Positions 1 to 13,490 are shown, counted from the first letter of the stretch. The stretch is DNA of 64,000 bases from Octopus vulgaris (GCA_951406725.2 OX597821.1:7316001-7380000), one strand, 5' to 3'. The notes: generated from the sequence alone by a model not told the origin. Numbers and translations: made by a program.

Positions 1-24
1 TACTTGTCACATGCATCATGTCCA

Positions 25-298
25 TGGGGCCCAGTTAGAATTTTCTTCAGGTCGAGTAGCCGATTCTGCTCAAATGCTCCTTGAATAAGGGTTGTTTAAG
101 GATGCTGAATGAAACATCCATGTTTCCAAAGGTGAATTATTCAAACTCCAAAGACTTCTGCTCAACACATGGCTATGATGCTCCCCCAAAACCTCTGCTC
201 ATGATCAGAGATGTACATATCGTCTATCACCAAAGGACATTTTCAACTGGTTATGGTCAAACAACTGACAAGCAAGTCTGTGATATTGAGCAGAATAA
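25..298. repeat. Dispersed repeat, unclassified (second copy 39185-39560)
   Basis: Colinear match of 'ggggcccagttagaattttcttcaggtcgagtagc...tattgagcagaata' to 39185-39457. Confidence 0.8.
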
Positions 299-308
299 TT
301 ATTATTAA

Positions 309-529
309 CCCTTTAGTGTTCAGATTACTCTGTTAAATGTAATACATTTTCACTCAAATTGTTTTGAATTAATCCTGGATCATCTTACAGCTTTGAGGTT
401 TCAATGATGTGATTACTTATTTTTAGAATGGCATTGTAGGTTAGGTGTGAGAGGCTAGATATCGCCAGTTTGAATATAAAACATGTGGAATATATTGGGC
501 CGGATTTGGCCAGTTTAAACACTAAAGGG
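309..529 (+). mobile_element. piggyBac-type MITE, family P1
   Basis: TTAA at 305-308 and 530-533; perfect 12-bp TIR ccctttagtgtt/aacactaaaggg; related copies at 2913-3554, ~29097-29425, ~40070-40330, ~56710-56903, ~57875-58085. Confidence 0.85.
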
Positions 530-679
530 TTAAGGTGGTGAGCTGGCAGAATCTCACCACCTTAAGTTTGGCTGAATTGGAATTCTGAATGTAAAGACAG
601 ACAAAATGGTGCTAGGCATTTTGCCTGGTGTGCTTAATAACTATTCCAGTTCACTGCCTTATTATATTGAGATAAGAAG

Positions 680-1402
680 AAGGCAAACTGGCAGAATCAT
701 TATCATGCTTGACAAAATACTTAGTGGTATTTCATTTCATTTCATTTCATTTGGGTTTGAGTCCATGCTCAGGCCAAGTCGAAGACTCCACCCTCAGAGT
801 CTGGTGTGGTTGCCAGGTTGTATTCTCTGCTTAAATTTGACATGTGTAGGAGCGAGTTTGAGTCAGTTTGTGCTCGTTGTGTATATCCTGGGAGATGGGG
901 TTCATCTCTAATGGTGCTTAAGTATCTATCCAGTTGCAATTTGAATGATTCCACACTGCATCCTGATAGATTTCTGACATGTACCGGAATGGAGTTGAAC
1001 AGTTGTGCTCCTCGAACCAACAGACTTGATTTTCGCAGGGTTTTTGCTGCCTGGCCAGCCTTTTTGTTGATTGGTGGCAGCTGGCAGCGTCTTCCGTGGC
1101 GCAGTGAGTGGTAGGTTTTGATACCAAAGTTTGGCACCTTCTGCTCTATCATTTTCCAAATGTATATAATTCGGTATCGCTCAAATCTTCTTTCTATTGA
1201 GTACATCCTCAAGGTTTTGAGTCTTTGCCAATAGTCCAGGTATTTCTTTAGGTTCTTAGTTCAAATTCTACCAAGGTTGACTTCGCCTTTCATCTTTTCG
1301 GTGGGTTGGTAATATAAGTACCTGTTAACCAGTTGAGTTGAAGTGACTTTTTCTCCCATCAAAATGGCTGGCTCTGTACCAAAATTAGAAAGAATTATTA
1401 TT
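680..1402 (+). mobile_element. tRNA-derived SINE family B, split by a LINE insertion
   Basis: Head 'aggcaaactggcagaatc...cttagtggtatttc' resumes after 1246 with B-box 'agttcaaattc' and the core 'gacttcgcctttcatctttt'. Confidence 0.75.
734..1238 (-). mobile_element. 5'-truncated CR1/L2-group LINE: ORF2 C-terminus plus (GAAAT)n tail
   Basis: Translation LDYWQRLKTLRMYSIERRFERYRIIYIWK...LFNSIP...SVESFKLQLDRYL is typical of the CR1-group ORF2 C-terminus; (ATTTC)n tail at ~730-752; 8-bp TSD ggtatttc at 726-733 and 1239-1246. Confidence 0.85.
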
Positions 1403-2345
1403 ATATTCATCTCTATTTTTTATATGCATCTCAGTGGCAATGCCCCAGCATGGCCATAGCCTCAAGGCTAAAACATATATAAAAGAATATAGAACAATTT
1501 TGTATCTCAGGAGGGTCATTATGCTTTCCAAGATAGAACGAAAAATATTTCGACATAGAAGTTCACCTCAAGAATTTCACAAACCAAAAAGGAAAAGAAA
1601 GTGTCTGTGGTGGTGGTGGTGGGAGGCATTCAGTTAGAAGCCATGACAATGAATAATTTTGAAACTGAATAAAACTTTGTTTTCCATCTTCCTCTGTAAC
1701 AACCAAATCCATTCACTTGAGTTAATGTTTTGACTCAATTACAAGAATTCTCTTTCAGAAGAGAAGTAGGTTACTTCATGGACAGTGTTAATAAATTCAG
1801 CTTTTGTTGTTGAAACTAAAGGAATGTTTAAAATTAAGGCAATAATAATTACAGCAATGCTTTACCAGTAGCTGTGCTAACATAATCAGTTTCTGGTCTT
1901 TCACAGTTGTCTTTTGATTCTGGTGGTGTTGTTTAGCCCCAGGTTACCCTTGACTGAGCAGACCTGTGATCAAAAGGCATTTCACTTATGACTATCCTGT
2001 CCCTTGCTCAGACATTGCTTTTGTTAGTCTACATCAGCGCTTGTCAAACTGGGGTACACGTTAATTTTTTTACTTGTTTCAGTCCTTTGACTGCAGCCAT
2101 GCTGGAGCATCGCCTTTAGTCGAACAAATCAACCCCAAGACTTATTCGTTGTAAGCCTAGTACTTTTACTATCGGTTACTTTTGCCAAACCGCTAAGTTA
2201 CATGGATGTAAACACATCAACATAAGTGCTTGAGTGGTACTTATTTTATTGACCCTGAAAGGATGAAAAGCAAGATCAACCTTGGCAGAATATGAACTCA
2301 AAACGTGAAGACTGATGATAGGCCACTAAACATTTTGCCTGGCAT

Positions 2346-2744
2346 ACTCTTTTGCTCTTTTACTTGTTTCAGTCATTTGACTGCGGCCATGCTGGAGCAC
2401 TGCCTTTAGTCGATCAAATCGACCCCGGGTCTTATTCTTTGTAAGCCCAGTACTTATTCTATCGGTCTCTTTTGCCGAATCGCTAAGTGACGGGGATGTA
2501 AACACACCAGCATCGGTTGTCAAGCAATGCTAGGGGGACAAACACAAACACACATATATATATATATATATACATATATACGACAGGCTTCTTTCAGTTT
2601 CCGTCTACCAAATCCACTCACAAGGCTTTGGTCGGCCCGAGGCTATAGTAGAAGACACTTGCCCAAGATGCCACACAGTGGGATTGAACCCGGAACCATG
2701 TGGTTGGTTAGCAAGCTACTTACCACACAGCCTCTCCTGCGCCT
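2346..2744 (-). mobile_element. tRNA-derived SINE family A (internal microsatellite), nested in a family B SINE (~2233-2777)
   Basis: Minus-strand head aggcgcaggagaggctgtgtggtaag with B-box ggttcaatccc, internal (TA)n, (AAAAGAG)-type tail; duplication gcctggcat at 2337-2345 and 2741-2749. Confidence 0.9.
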
Positions 2745-2912
2745 GGCATGCTAACAATTCTGCCAGTTCGCCGCCTTGCGCACCAGATTAGTAATGACTA
2801 CGTTTACTAAAATATCTATTTATGAATCTATTGAAACAAAAGCAGTATGTTTCAACAGAAATATGGTAACCAAAGGATTAAGGCACCGACAGGATTTCCT
2901 TGTTCATTTTAA

Positions 2913-3231
2913 CCCTTTAATATTCGGATTATTTTTTCAAATGTAATGCTTATTCATCCCATTGTTTTAAATTAAGCAGACATTATCTCATGGCTTGGAG
3001 ATTTCAATGATGTGATTACTCTCTCTTTTACTCTCTTACTTGTTTCAGTCATTTGACTGCGGCCATGCTGGAGCACCACCTTTAGTCGAGCAAATCGACC
3101 CCGGGACTTATTCTTTGTAAGCCCAGTACTTATTCTATCGGTCTCTTTTGCCGAACCGCTAAGTGACGGGGACGTAAACACACCAGCATCGGTTGTCAAG
3201 CAATGCTAGGGGGACAAACACAGACACACAA

Positions 3232-3280
<49 letters not shown>

Positions 3281-3554
3281 CATACACATATACGACAGGC
3301 TTCTTTCAGTTTCCGTCTACCAAATCCACACTCACAAGGCATTGGTCGGCCCGGGGCTATAGCAGAAGACACTTGCCCAAGATGCCACGCTGTGGGACTG
3401 AACCTGGAACCATGTAGTTGGTTAGCAAGCTACTTACCACACAGCCACTCCTTATGACATTGTAGGGCAGGTGTAAGAGGCTAGATCTGACTGGTTTGAA
3501 CATAAAGCAGGTGAAATATTTAGGTCAGGTATGGCCAGGTTAAGTGCTAAAGAG
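2913..3554 (+). mobile_element. P1 TTAA-MITE interrupted by a family A SINE (3018-3452, -)
   Basis: TTAA at 2909-2912 and 3555-3558; the two halves align to 309-529 once the SINE is removed. Confidence 0.8.
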
Positions 3555-5294
3555 TTAAGAATATCTTGTACTAATCCAACTAAACATTGGACAGATTTTC
3601 AGAGAATTCCTCTTTAATAACAAATATCTTTAATTTAAATTCTACATTAAAGTGAACAGAGTTCTCTTTGATTATTTTGTTTTGGTTTTGTTTTTTGTGC
3701 ACTTATAGATACAGTATTCAAGTGAAAGACTGACCGATTCTTTTCTAATTTCTCATCATGGCTACATAATCATAAATTTCCTGTTAAACGGAATCTATTT
3801 AATTGCCAAGGTTATTTATTGAACAAATCTTTCCAGAAGAGCAATTAACAACAATTGCTAGTTTAAAAAAAAAAAAAAAATTTTCAAACTTAACTCAAGT
3901 CAGAATTTCCATTGTTGTTCAGCATCTATAATTTCTTAAATGGATTTTCTTACTTAAAAAAAACCCAAAAAACTTGGAAATCATTTTTTTTCTTTCCTCA
4001 AAGAAACATGGAAGAGAAGGACGAGAAGGAAGCATTAGCAAAATTAAAACTAATTTAAGTACTTTATTACAAGTGAAGGTATGGATATTTTCATGAAACA
4101 AGTAGTTGCTAGTTCAAAGGATAACTAATCTATCTCCTTGAAATTGTCTTAAGCTGTCTTTGAAATTCAAATGATTAATGTTCTGAAATTCTTGCTACAT
4201 AATATTGGCAATATATAATTGTGTATATTAACCCTTCTATGAGCATATTTCTTACAAGAATGCAGTTTGCTTTTTGTCTTAAGTTTCTAAAATAATCTAG
4301 AATCTAGAATTATGGGTGGTTTTGTGAAAGAATGAACTTAATAAATGAATGTTTTTTTTTTAACATTTTAGAATTTCCTCTAATCTTTCTTGTAAGTATG
4401 ATATCTCAATCTAAGATTTGGATTTAAGTTTCAACATTTAATAGACTCTCGCTTCAGTAGGGTGGGTTTGGTGTTAACAGAGAAATGTACTGCATTTGTT
4501 TCAATAAATTTTGAAAATTATCAGGAATTTAGTAAAATAAGTTTATCATTATTAAGCTGGCTTTTGGAATATGAATAAACATGAAGTTTTGATGGCAGGT
4601 TTTAATTTAGATCACTTTAGAAGCAGGAAGTTTTATATCTTAGAACCAGGGGTAATCTTAAGGAAGTTGGTATCAAAGGAGTTAATACTTTTCTCTTGTA
4701 TTCTGTTTGTAAGATTTACTTTGCTTTGATAATTCAGATGTTCTTTAGCTTCTTATCTGACATGATTTCTAGGTAGGAGTTAGATGTGAAGGGGTGAAGC
4801 AAGAGAGAGAGAGGTGAGGAGGGAAGAGAAGAAGCCATTTTGTTTCAGTGATATTAGATCTACAGTCTAACTTCATTACCATTTCTGACCATCTTAACCT
4901 CAACAAAGGAGCCTCAATGTGTTTGCTTGACTTGCTACCACAGGCAGCTAAATCTATCTCAAATTACCATACCATCGTAAACTACATGCTGGATAATGAA
5001 AATTGAGATATACTATACCTAATAAATATGAGATAATCTTAGCTGGAATAGCTATGATCATAGGCCTGCTTAATCAGAATTGGCTTTTGAAATACATCCA
5101 AGTTTCTTTTTTGGCCATGTTATTAAATGTTCAAGACAATGTTCTTCAACCTTTTAAATCATTTTGATGCAAACCTGTCTGAGACTGCTCTCAATTTTAT
5201 GAATCAAACTTCCTGTTTTAAATTGAAAACTTCCATAAAAAGTTTATGTTAATTTGTGTTCCAAACGCCAAATTTATAATTACATGGTTAGGTT

Positions 5295-5580
5295 ATCATC
5301 ATCATCATCATCATCACTTAAAGTCTGTTTTTCATGCTGGCATGGGTTGGACAGTTTGACTGGGGCCTGGCAAGCCAGTAGGCTGCATCAGGCTCTAATC
5401 TGATCTGGCATGGTTTCTACAGCTGGATGTCCTTTCTAACGCCAACCACTCTGAGAATGTAGTGGGTGCTTTCTATGTGCCACCAGCATGGGAGCCAGTC
5501 AGGTGGCACTGGCATTGACCACGTTGGGATGGTGTTGTTTACATGCCACCAGCACAGGAGCCAGTCAGGGGGCACTGGCA
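5295..5580 (-). mobile_element. SINE-like family E with (GAT)n tail, inserted in an old P2-related MITE (~5160-5660)
   Basis: 'catgggttggacag...ctacagctggatg...cctttctaacgccaaccactc' recurs at 17566-18060, 35535-35830 and 52776-52942. Confidence 0.75.
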
Positions 5581-5834
5581 TAAATTATTTTTTCATTGAT
5601 TTCAAAATTAGCTGAAACTAAGGTAGTGCACATCAACAGGAATATGATAACAAAAAGACTGAGATTAGCAATATATTTTTGGTTCCCTAAAACTTGTGAC
5701 ACAGTTTATTTTCCCAGAAATGAAATTAGGACACAGATTCACTGAAGATAGAGATGCACATTTCATTCACCTAAATACGGTGATAACAACACGTATAAAA
5801 TATACATTTAAAAAAAAATCATTTATCATACACC

Positions 5835-5972
<138 letters not shown>

Positions 5973-7938
5973 GTATGTGTGTCTGTCCTCCCCACACACA
6001 CCGCTTAACAACCGATGCTGGTGTGTTTACGTCCCCGTAACTTAGCGGTTCGGCAAAAGAGGCCGATAGAATAAGTACTAGGCTTACAAAGAATAAGTCC
6101 TGGGGTCGAGTTGCTTGACTAAAAGCAGTGCTCCAGCATGGCTACAGTCAAATGACTGAAACAAGTAAAAGAGTAAAAGAGATTGTAGAAGTACAACCAA
6201 TTTATTGCAGATAAAATCTTGACAAAATCTTGTACGGACCCCCAAGAGCTGTATGGACCCCAGGTGGGAAACAACTGCTATAGAATATATCAACTTTAAC
6301 AAGTGTAGTACATCTTTGCCTCCCTCTCTCCCTCTCCCTCCCGCGCTCTCTCTCCCTCCCTCTCTCTCTCCCTCTATGTTATCAGAGATACAACAGGGGG
6401 AGCAGCTTCAAACATGCAAATCAGTCTCAAATTGCAAATAATTTGATGAATGTAGATTAAGAAAGACAAAATACAATTTGATTTGCTGTCACTTTTCTTT
6501 TCTTTCTTTTGTTTCTTTTCTTTTTTCCTGCTTGTGTTTTGTGCGAGTGATAGCGTCTCAGTGGGCATCACTGAGGAGAAATACTGTAACACTGTTCAGA
6601 AGTGATTGATAACAGTCATTCCACTTCCAAGATGTAGTTAGGAAATCCAATAAGTCAGTTCTGAGACAATCTAGTGATTTGGTAAAGAACAAAATGAACA
6701 TAACAATGGACTTGATTAGTGTTCTTTGGATTTCTTTCTCTGACCAATTTCGGATTTTAAAAGAAAAGAATTTTGGCTTGGCTATATAAGAAAAATTACT
6801 TGTGCCATTGATTGTTGTTGTTTAACAGCTATGTCACCCTTGATCAAAGACATTCCATTTGTGACCAACCTGCCTTATTTATTTATTTTTTGATTTTTAT
6901 TTATTTAAAAAAAAGTTTATTTTTCTGTTTTCTGACGTAAGTGCAAGCACGGTTGCATAGTTAAGGTGTTTTCTTTGCAACCATGAACAGCTTCAGGGTA
7001 AGTCCACCTCTCGTGTGACATCTTTGGTACCGTGATTTGGAGGGAATTGGGGTGGGGAAAGAAAAACAAAATTAAAATGCTGATGTCAGCATAGTAGGAG
7101 CTCTAGTCTACTGACTGATCTGTTGCCCCTAGTCTCTTTAGGGGTGAAATCTGAAAGGATTGCGAACACTTCAGATTAAAACATATGTTGCTGTGACCAT
7201 AAGTGCAACCAGCAGAAACAAAGTTTTCAGGCATACTAAATTTTCCTGGCCAGCAATAAATATTTTGACTTGCTTACCCCAACTGCAAGGCTTTTTAAAA
7301 TCCTCTCAAATTCTCTCCCTGGTGATCAGATCAATCAGTAGAGCTGAACTCCTACTATCATGGCACCAGCATTTTCAATTTTTTTTTTGTCCCAATCCCC
7401 CCCCACAAACCATAGAATGCATCCTCTACAGTTTCTTTGGGCTGAACAATACTTTGTGAATAAACTGGTAGACAGAAACTCCATGGAAACCCAGTGTGTA
7501 TGTGTGAGTGAGTGTCTTTGTTGCTCAAAGGTAAGTACCTGGTTTACTATGACACCTGGTTTACTATGACACCATTTGAGCAGAAAACATTGTTTATATC
7601 TCTGGTGTACAGTTCATCGCCAAAGCTTGGCAGTTTCATCAGTTGCAGCATGTGAAGAGTATCCTCCTCCTCTTCATCACTATCATTGTCTTAATGTCCA
7701 TTTTCCCATTCTTGCATGGGCTGGATGGAGTTTATTGAGGCAAATTTTCCACAACCGGATGCCTTTCCTGCCATCAACCTGTTTCCAAGCAAGGTAATAT
7801 TTGCCCCTGAGAATATATATTCTCACTTGAATATTGGAAAAATATGATATTCATTTACAACAGTCGCATGCTTTCAAGCAAGGAGGACACAAACGCACAC
7901 ACTTAAGTGTGTGCGTATGTATATATGTATATATATAA

Positions 7939-7978
<40 letters not shown>

Positions 7979-8122
7979 AATTAAATAATAAGGGTAGAAA
8001 TTGATGTTAATCAATTAAAAAAACCAGTGGCTTAGTATATTTAAAAATCCGAAGATTAAAATATTGTTACATACAAAAGTGGACACCCTATATGCTAAAC
8101 ATAGACATCTTATCTTAGGATT

Positions 8123-8163
<41 letters not shown>

Positions 8164-8164
<1 letters not shown>

Positions 8165-8398
8165 TTTATTATTAAAGCTGCAAAAATATCACAAAAATCT
8201 GCTCCTCAGTTTCATGCTCCCATTCATCCGGCAGTTGTGATCCCAACTGCCGGATGAACAGGAGCATGAAACTCCGAGTAGCAGATTTTTGTGATATTTT
8301 TGCAGCTTTGATATTAAAGCATGATACCATTTTATTATGGTATTTGAGTACTATTTTTTTTTTTCCACTTTGTTTCACATTTATGTGCTTACTCGGAT
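8164..8398 (+). mobile_element. Fold-back element with a hammerhead-like motif (8247-8284), in a microsatellite
   Basis: Inverted arms 8164-8237/8244-8319; ctgc-CGGATGA-acaggagcat-GAAA-ctccgag-TA-gcag; related fragment at 60751-60872 (-). Confidence 0.7.
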
Positions 8399-9130
8399 GT
8401 GTGTGTGTGTGTGTGTGTGTGTGAGAGGGGGGGGGGGGGCTTCTCCCAGTTTCTGAATCCACTCACAAGGCTTTGGTTGAATAAAAATGTTACTTGAACA
8501 ATAAGGGTTGGCAACAGTAGAGGCATCCAACTGCAGAATACAGTTTCCATAACAACGCTTGTCCAGCTGGCAGATATAAAACGGCAATCATGAGGATTTA
8601 GAGTTTCTGGCACAGGCACAAAGCGACATATTTGGGGTGAGTCGCAGAGAGGATTAAATTTTTACCCCCACCCCCACCCACCCCCACTCCATCCCTGCCA
8701 CCTCCACCATTTGACTTACACATATTTTATCGATCCAAGTAGATTAAAAGTAGACAGTCAACTTTAACAGAAATTAATCACAGACTATGAAGTGTTGGAA
8801 GCGAAATACTTGAAGGTATTTCTCTCTGCAGCCACTTTACTGCTTCTGCCAACGTACCAGTCTATATAATATGATGTTATTCTACATTTACAATGACTGG
8901 AGTGCCTCATTAAAGCCGAGTGTTAGTTATAAGTGTGATACTGTAAGGCTGTAAATCATTGACGAGTGATTCTTTTCGACCATTCAGCCCGACTTTAAGA
9001 GGGTTAGATCTTTGTGCAGAAAACGAGCATACTGCTTGCCAGTTAATTTGGTGCTTTCTCTCTCTCTCTCTGTATATATATAATATGTATGTATGGAAAA
9101 TGGATGCAAAATGATGATGGTATATCTATC

Positions 9131-9163
<33 letters not shown>

Positions 9164-9428
9164 GTATATATATATAATTGTGTGTGTGTGTATGTATATA
9201 GCTGTTTGTGTGTGTGTGTGTGTGTGTGTACATTTGAAAAAATACATGTGTACATGTATGTATGTATAAATTCTTTCATTTGTATCAGACATTAGCTTGT
9301 GGCCATGCAGGAGCACTGCCATTGAAAGGTTTTTAGCCAATCATATTGCCCTACGTACTTCTTTTCAGGTATGGTATTTATTTTATTGATCTCTGTTTAT
9401 CAAGTTGTTAAGTTGCAGAACATAATCA

Positions 9429-9471
<43 letters not shown>

Positions 9472-10415
9472 CCTTTGCAAATGAATTTGGTAGACAGAAA
9501 ATTGTGTAGAAACCCATTGTGTGTGTGTGTGTGTGTGTTTTTGTCTGTGCCCCCCCCCCCCCCCACTGATTGACAATCACTGTTGGTTTGCTTATGTTGC
9601 TGCAATTTAGCAGTTTGGCAAAAGAGACTGACAGAATACCTATCAGTCTATTAAAAAAAAGACTAATTACTGGACTCAATTTGTTTGGCTAAACCCCCTT
9701 CAAGAAGGTGCCCCAGCATGGCCACATTTCCGGTGACTGAAGTGAAAACTAAAAAGAATGGTGATGGCTTGAACAACTTTTCGCATAGGTCTGCTGGACA
9801 ATGGATTGATCTGAGGCTAAAAACAATGACTTGGTATTTTTCTTATACACCTAAGACCTTATGTCGAACTTAGAGATAACTGTTGGTATATAAGAGAAGT
9901 AATTTGGTAGAATTAGAGACTGAGACATTACATACGTATACTTACGGTTTTTAACTATTGTCCTTCTGACATCTCGGAATTCTGTCAAGATCTATTTGGT
10001 TTTCGTTAACCATAAAATGCACAGTTGGTTAATCTGCTAGAAAATATTGTTCATTATTCTTTTATTTCATTTACTAGTTTGTCATTTGACTGCAGCCATG
10101 CTGGAGCACCATCTTTAGTTAAACAAATCAACCCCAGGTCTTATTCTTTGTAAGCCTCGTACTTATTCTATTGATCTCTTTTGCTGAACTGCTTAGTTAT
10201 GGAGACGTAAACACACCAACATCAGTTGTCAAGTGATGGTGGGATTATTTCTAATAATCTTGCCTCTTAATACCCAGACCTTTTCATATTGCTCTTTGAT
10301 ATTTTCTGTCCCACTTGTGGGCACACACTGTCCCTAAAGGGGTTGCTAATGCCTAAGTTATGAAGAGCCGTTGACATGGGAGCTGTCTTGTTGGTTCATA
10401 AGAATATAGTCTTAA

Positions 10416-10635
10416 CCCTTTTGTTACTAACCCAGCTGAAACCGGCTCTGGCTCTATAGTACAAATGTCTTGTTTTCATAAGTTTTGAATTAAAATCTTC
10501 CACCAAACCTTAGTTACAATTTGTGTTCCTAACACTAGCTTAATGATAACTAAGCTATTTTACTAAATTCTTTGTCATATTTTAAAATAATTGAAATAAA
10601 CACAGCATCTCAAAATAAATACAGTAACGAAAGGG
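10416..10635 (+). mobile_element. piggyBac-type MITE, family P2
   Basis: TTAA at 10412-10415 and 10636-10639; TIR cccttt(t/c)gttact/agtaacgaaaggg; near-identical copy at 45698-45917. Confidence 0.9.
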
Positions 10636-10650
10636 TTAAAGATGAATGTT

Positions 10651-10862
10651 CTTTTCTACTTTAGGCACAAGGCCCAAAATTTTTGGGTGGAGGCCAGTCA
10701 GTTAGATCTACTCCAGTATGCAACTGGTACTTAATTTATCAACCCCCAAAAGGTTGAGAGGCAAAGTCGACCTCAGTGGAATTGAACTCAGAACATAAAG
10801 ACAGAGGAAATACCACTAAGCATTTCGCCCGGCATGCTCACATTTCTGCCAGTTCGCCGCCT
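10651..10862 (-). mobile_element. Family B tRNA-SINE with a 17-bp TSD
   Basis: Minus-strand head ggcggcgaactggcagaa and B-box gagttcaattcc; TSD tcttaaagatgaatgtt at 10863-10879 and (split by the MITE) at 10410-10415/10640-10650. Confidence 0.85.
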
Positions 10863-11808
10863 TCTTAAAGATGAATGTTGCGTAAGAGATATCTCGTACA
10901 TATGATATTTCTTGAGAAGAATTCTCAAAGAAAATTGGCAACGAAAAACAAGGAATCAATGTGAGATATTGTAGGAAGACTTTTGTTTGGTATTGATTCC
11001 ATTGTCTGGAAATTACAAAGAAGCAAACAACAATAATAGTCTTTTAATCTGTTCAAGCAAGATTGTTTTTTTTATTTTTGTTTTAATCTTTTAATCTTCT
11101 TTTGATAATACTTGGCTTTGGCTGGAGAATTGTTTTGTGCAGCGAAGAAGGAAGTGACCAAGAAAGAATAAGGTCAGTAAATGGGTTGAAACTGTATTCT
11201 AGATTGGACCGTACTGGACTGCACTGAATTGCACTGGACGTGAGTGGCATCAATAGACTGAATGTGAGATTCCAAATTAAGATGATGACCACAATAATAA
11301 TGATGATGATGATAGTGGTTAAGATGATGATAGTGGTTAAGATGCTGGTGGTAGTGGTGGTGAAGATGATGGTAATAACGATGATTGTTCTAGATTAATT
11401 CCATTGGCCAGTGAAGACATCGTTAAAATGAAATACCATTATCCACCATGAGCACTACTATTACCACCACCACCACCACCACCACCACAACTACCATCAT
11501 ATTGAAAGCTTTTGGTGGTGATGGTGGTTCTTGTTTAACCAGCGCCAGATTGGGCTTGATTGATCTGCCCTGTGGTCAAAAGCATTCCAACCACAGCCAT
11601 ACTATCTTATTTTCGTTTTTACCTTTGTCCAATATAAAGGAAACCTAGAACCATATTAGGCAATATGTACTTTTCTAAGATAGTGGCATGTGTGAAATTT
11701 GTGGAAGACTTAACTGCTATTTCTAATTGTTGAGCAACCATATAGCTCTTAATAGTCCCTCAACCTGACAGAAATAGCAGCCAAATCTCTTTCAAATCTT
11801 GTATGTTG

Positions 11809-12130
11809 TCTCCTAATTCCCCTGATTGTAACCTCATGGATTAGTATGTGTGGGGTGCAGTTGTGAAAGACACAAACTGCTCTGCTTGCATCACCAAGGC
11901 TGAGCTGGTGGCCAAGATCAAGGAGTTGTTTGAAGCTCTTCTAAGGGACAGAGTGAAGAATGCATGACCCCATGGTGGAAGCTGAGGGCAGCTATTTTGA
12001 TTAAACTCTTATCTCCCAGCCATAATATAGTTGATATTTCTTTTATTTTTAAAAATACTTCTAATTCTTGATGGCTACTGTTTTCTTTTCCTTCAATGCA
12101 AACTGTGAAATTTAGCTGAAACACTTTATA
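11809..12130 (+). pseudogene. Degenerate Tc1/mariner transposase C-terminus with 3' end remnant
   Basis: SPNSPDCNLMD*YVWGAVVKDTN...TKAELVAKIKELFEAL...VEAEGSYFD*, matching the WPPxSPDLNPLDYxVW motif around the third catalytic residue; contains in-frame stops. Confidence 0.85.
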
Positions 12131-12362
12131 ACAAGCTGAGTGATGTGGATGGTCTGCTCTTGATCATAATTCTGCTCATTTAGGGCTGATGTGCTGCTAA
12201 AGAACAACACCAGTGTTGTCACCAAAAGTATATAAAGCTATAAACACTTTTTCATGAGAAGCATTGCCACCTTTTAAAAGAAAAACTGGAGACAGTGGGG
12301 ATGGAGAGACATTGCATTCTTAAATAGTCTAAGAATTGCCTGCTGGTTCCACAAATGGTTTC

Positions 12363-12405
<43 letters not shown>

Positions 12406-12917
12406 CATGGCCAAAGTTAGTCAATTTATTCATTCTGTAGTAGAGAAACCTTGTAAAGCATCCCTCTTGGCACCGCCATCCCTGTTTCCTCCCCCCCCTT
12501 CTCTCCGGCATGCCAACTTGGCATTTGAAAGCCCCGTATTTATTATGAATGAAACTTATATATGTAATACAAGTTGTTTGTCTAACTGTCCCCACCCCCT
12601 CTCTCCCTGTCTCAGTTTCTCTCTCTCTCTCTCAACTTTTATAAATGCTTCGAGACAGAAGAGACTGTGTAGGTTTAAAATATTTAATTTTAAAAATAAA
12701 ATATAAATAAAACTAATATAAAACATGAAAATAGATTGACGCAGGGTAGCACTGACTGGTGGTGGTGGTGGTGGTGGCGGCAGCAGCGGTGGGGGGGGGG
12801 GGGTAAACTTTAATTTTGAATCCTGGAATATTTGCTGCTTTGAGACTTTATTAGGAACTGTTATTCTTCTTTGAATTTGTAAAGGTTTTTAACACTATAT
12901 TTATATGTATGTAACAT

Positions 12918-13135
12918 AGGTTTCAAATTTTGGCACAAGGCCAGCAATTTCAGGGGAGGGGCCAAGTCGATTACAATGACCCAAGTGTTCAGCTGTTATT
13001 TATTTTATTAACACCAAAAAAAAAATGAAAGGCTAAGTCAACCCCGGCAGGATTTGAACTCAGAATGTGAAGATGGATGAAATGCTACTAAGCATTTTGC
13101 CTGGCGTGCTAACGATTCTGCCAGCTTACCGCCTT
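12918..13135 (-). mobile_element. Family B tRNA-SINE
   Basis: Matches the other family B copies; minus-strand head aaggcggtaagctggcagaatcg. Confidence 0.8.
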
Positions 13136-13167
13136 TTATATATGCATGCATGCGATATTATGTGTAT

Positions 13168-13490
13168 GTGAAGACACATGGCTCAGTGGTTTGAGTGTCA
13201 GACTCACAACTATGAGGTAGTGAGTTTGATTCCCAGACCGGGCTCTGTGTTGTGTTCTTGAGTAAGACACTTTATTTCATGTTGCTCCAGTTCACTCAGC
13301 TGTAGAAATGAATTGCGACATTGCTGGTGCCGAGCTGTATCGGAATTTTTGCCTTTCCTTTAGAGAAGAGAGGATGATATGCATAGGCGACTGCTGGTCT
13401 TCCATAAAACAACCTTGCCTGGACTTGTGCATCAGAGGGTAACTTTTTAAGTGCAATCCATGGTCATTCATAACTGAAGAGGGTCTCTTT
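13168..13490 (+). mobile_element. tRNA-derived SINE family D with a CORE-like central domain
   Basis: A-box tggctcagtgg, B-box gagtttgattcc, 'ttcttgagtaagacactt...cactcagctgtagaaatg'; copies at 53968-54310 (+) and 44553-44885 (-), and with other tails at 47166-47457, 40615-40855 and 28340-28530. Confidence 0.85.

Noticed and set aside
2326-3457. Recurrent ORFs such as MTTDAGVFTSP.. and MLGGQTQTH..
   Set aside because: Chance translations of family A SINE copies
11143-11178. 30-nt plus-strand microexon (tgtgcag|...aag|gtcagt)
   Set aside because: Splice-like signals only; no neighbouring exons or homology
11200-11250. miR-92-like seed aattgcact
   Set aside because: Part of a degenerate (ACTGG)n pentamer run; no matching 3' mature sequence or hairpin
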